A DNA stretch of 59,567 bases, filler included, from Sluysia triapertura (Eukaryota): NCBI GenBank assembly GCA_046118255.1. It is 4 parts of 4 records of this genome, joined end to end, with 100 filler letters (N's around TTAATTAATTAA, not from the genome) between each part and the next. Parts side by side here need not be neighbours in the genome. Positions count along the whole stretch, not along the records: positions 44,828 to 59,567 come from JBJNIA010250088.1; 3 more parts are not named here. One strand, 5' to 3'. Of the stretch, positions 56,400 to 59,567 are shown in pieces. Numbering within the stretch: the first letter of the stretch is position 1; every line of letters starts with the position of its first letter. The notes below the pieces were generated by a model. The model was not told the origin of the DNA, did not search any database, and saw only the letters and a program-made list of their open reading frames with translations. A program made the translations under genes and the position numbers.

Positions 56400-57549
56400 A
56401 ATTTAAAACATTTATTTTAAAATTATGATAAGTATTTACACACAGGTATAAATATGAATAATTATTTTATAAATACATATAAGGGATCAGAGTAAATGTA
56501 AATAAGAAAATATAATGTCTACGATGCTTCTATTGTCACTAGTGCTGCCATTTCTGCTGTTGCTTTTGATTGATGTATGTTCAAGATTATTTATTTATAT
56601 GCATTCATCAAGAGCAGCATAGTTAAATTATATAGGAAAGGAAAAATATATAAGGAGTATAAAAACATTCATGGAAATAGGTACATATACACAGAGCAAA
56701 AAGGAAGTCAAAGTATTATTTTATTACAAGTGTACAAACATGAAAGTTATATTTAACAAAAGTTATACAAGCATTCATAAAAAAGGGAGAGAAATATTGG
56801 AATAATTTAACAATTCATTACGTAAAAGGAAAATTGGAAGATTTACAAACATTCATAAAGGAGAAGAGATAATTATGGTTGTCGTATTGTAAAATTCAAA
56901 GGATTTTATTAATGTATTAAAGGGAGAAAAAGAAAGAGATAATATTATTCACCTCAAAAAAGAAAAGTAAAGGTAGAGAAGAAAATAGTTAAGTGGGAAA
57001 TTGAAGAGAATGGTCTTTATAGATATTAAAAAAAGATTCTTGGGCTAGCTTGTTAAACCTAACTTTTTAAGGACAGAATCATTTTCTGGATCCCAAGAAT
57101 CAAGAGCTCTAACTACAAATGTGTCTAGGGAGGCGGAACATTTGAGTTGATCTTGAAGTTTTTGTCTCAGGTCAGAATAGATCGTAATATTAAATGTTGG
57201 GGCCGCTTGAAAGTTTTCATAATCATTAGTAGGGGATATGAAAAACAGTTGGGAAGAATTCGTACCTTGCGCTTGAATGTCAGGTCGCCTATAATCTCCA
57301 ACTAAGGGGGTTTGGGTTTCTTTTTCACCGAGAAGCCCATTTGCTTTAGTTTACTAAGTTTACTACAATTTTATTATGTCTTATAGCATTGACAGTGATG
57401 GTATGTGGGCAAAGAGTTTCTCATTCGAAGATTATGTCGAATTTTTTGGGGACAAAAATTAAATTTCAGAATATTATTCCTGGCTTTAGTCATGAAAATC
57501 TAGCACCTGTTTCTTAATTGCAGGGAAAATGATTTTTCATGAAACATTC

Positions 57550-57708
57550 TGTTGGGGTAAAAGGCCGAAAAAGTGCCAAGTAGTATAATTGAATATGTTA
57601 AAAATGAAATTGTTAGACGGGGCTGATAGCTCAGTGGTAGAGCATTCGCACTGCGCATCGAAGGTCCTTGGTTCGATCCCCGGTCAGTCCATTTTACGAA
57701 GTCTAACA
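57550..57708 (+). mobile_element. Well-preserved solo copy of the tRNA-containing LTR family (tRNA-like part 57620-57691)
   Basis: TGTTGGGG...GTCTAACA; A box TAGCTCAGTGG, B box GGTTCGATCC, acceptor stem GGGCTGA/TCAGTCC, then TTTT; flanks ATTC/ATCC. Confidence 0.8.
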
Positions 57709-59493
57709 ATCCTAATACATTAATAATTAATGCATCTTGTTCTTTTTGTGAACGATCTTCAATCACAATTTTTTTATATTCGTGATAATTTCCTTAATGA
57801 TTTCCAATTTTCGGCATTTTAATTTTTACTTGTTACTAAGTGGGCGATACTGATTTCTAAGCTTTTTAAATATTCAGTAACTTGACTGACCAGTAACTAC
57901 TTTTTCTTATATTTCTTGCATATAAATTCTTAAATATGAATATGTTTTATAATGAACTCGTTCTTCTTCATACATTGATCTAATTCTCCTAATACAGCGA
58001 GGACTTGTTGTTCTTTCTTTCTGAGACATTTTAGTAGTTTTGGCAGTAAAGTATTACACTTAACACATTCATAATCTAGGTCCATTTTACTTTTTGCTTT
58101 TGTTTCTTGCAGTTGATCTTTTAAATGTGCTGTCGTTTAATTTCCACTCTGTATTTCATTTTTTGTTTGCTTAACCTGTTCATTTAAACTAATAAAAGGG
58201 TCAGGTCTTTCTATATAACTGCCTAGCACTTGTCATTGATGAAAATGATCTCTACGAATGGTAGTAACCGCTGCTTTTAACACTGATGTTATTTGAAATT
58301 GACTCTTCCAAAAATTGACAATGATGATGATAGTGTCGCTTTGAAGCGCTCTTTTGCAGAAAAGGGATTATGGATTAATATAACTTGACAGTTTGTTATC
58401 AAATTAATTTAGCAGAGTAGATAATTTTGAATTGGCTTGTTGTTGTTAGAATCCATTGTTTAGAAGGGAATTAAGAGGAGAAGCTAGAAAAATGTAAGTT
58501 AACAGGACAGTTAGATAGAAGGTTAAGGAGAAGTGAGAGTGAGTAAGATGAAAAGTTATAAAAGAAAATTAGGAAAATTGAATATGTTTTATAGAATTTT
58601 CATTTCATTTTTTTTAATTTTTAACATAAATTTACGAATATTGGTTAAAAATTTTGCTAGCCACCACAGGGTAAACCGCCAGACGGTGCTGAACTGGTTT
58701 GCGAGTTCACAACTTCCATACACTCGAGATCTGGCGTTTATTATTTTCCTTAAAACTACAGCAGTTCTATTGTGATGATTATTAAAAAATTGTCATAATT
58801 ATTTGATGTAAGAGAATCAAACACCGTTCATTAAAAATTTACTTCTTTATGATATTTTGCATTCATCGTGCAACATATTCAGAAACAACCTTTTTATGAG
58901 CATGCGTCAGAATTGATAATGCTTCTAGTTTAAAAACAGATTGATCCAAAACAAATTTTTCGCCTCTTATTATTTCCAACACAAGATGATTTAAGATTAT
59001 TGCCGGGCTTGTCAATCTTAACTCCTGTCTCCGGTCTAAGTTTGACCGTTGCATTTTTTGTCACCAGAAATTAGTAAAATTCTTTATTTGTAAGTAACTT
59101 TACATATCTTTTTGGTTCATTCACATGTTTTCATTATTTAATAAGTCTTTTTTATCAGCACTACTAAAGATTTATTATTTAAAAAACTCATCACAATTTT
59201 CAATTTTTGTTTACTTTCACAAATTTGTTTAAAAAAATGTTTACGTTTTAATTAATTCGAAATATTGATCGAATAATAAGCAGTTTAAAAACAAATCTTA
59301 ATTAAATAAAATTGATTTACATTGAACAATGAATTATTAATTTTATAATATTATCATTAAAAAAGGAACATACCATCGGAACCATCAGAACCATCAGAAT
59401 CATCAGAATTTTCATTGATCTCATCTGTTTGTACACTAACAGAACGAAATTTAAGAAAATCGTGATAATTTCTTTTCCTTTTCTTGCTTCGTA

Positions 59494-59494
<1 letters not shown>

Positions 59495-59567
<73 letters not shown>
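59495..59567. repeat. (ATT)n microsatellite running to the window end
   Basis: Perfect trinucleotide run. Confidence 0.95.

Noticed and set aside
57620-57691. Functional tRNA genes (Ala/Cys-like) at this and the seven related loci
   Set aside because: The anticodon arm is irregular and differs among copies, and all copies share the same non-tRNA flanks, so they are parts of a mobile repeat.

Overview
Very AT-rich animal (eukaryotic) genomic DNA with many 31-45 nt GT-AG introns and four assembly gaps. The architecture resembles the orthonectid Intoshia, but that is an unverified guess. Host genes: (1) a + strand cadherin-repeat gene fragment of 23 in-phase exons (18342-33174), built from a tandemly repeated module of three cysteine-bearing cadherin domains and bounded by gaps on both sides; (2) a complete 7-exon PARN/PNLDC1-type CAF1-family exonuclease on the - strand (45498-55684) with intact DEDDh motifs and a C-terminal hydrophobic anchor; (3) a frameshifted PLEKHM1-like RUN-domain sequence (about 11770-12875, -). 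Mobile DNA: a decayed Polinton/Maverick relic (major capsid, rve integrase and packaging ATPase fragments, about 1300-5860), a piggyBac-type MITE, Tigger-like and hAT-like ends, a possible gypsy RT/RNase H relic and several dispersed repeats. The most notable feature is a family of about 155-bp TGTT...AACA elements that carry a full tRNA-like Pol III cassette (8 copies). One locus has LTR-PBS-94 bp-LTR structure and a solo copy has a perfect 4-bp TSD, so these look like tRNA-bearing miniature LTR retrotransposons (TRIMs) rather than SINEs or tRNA genes. All assignments come from reading the sequence and recalling motifs; no searches were run.
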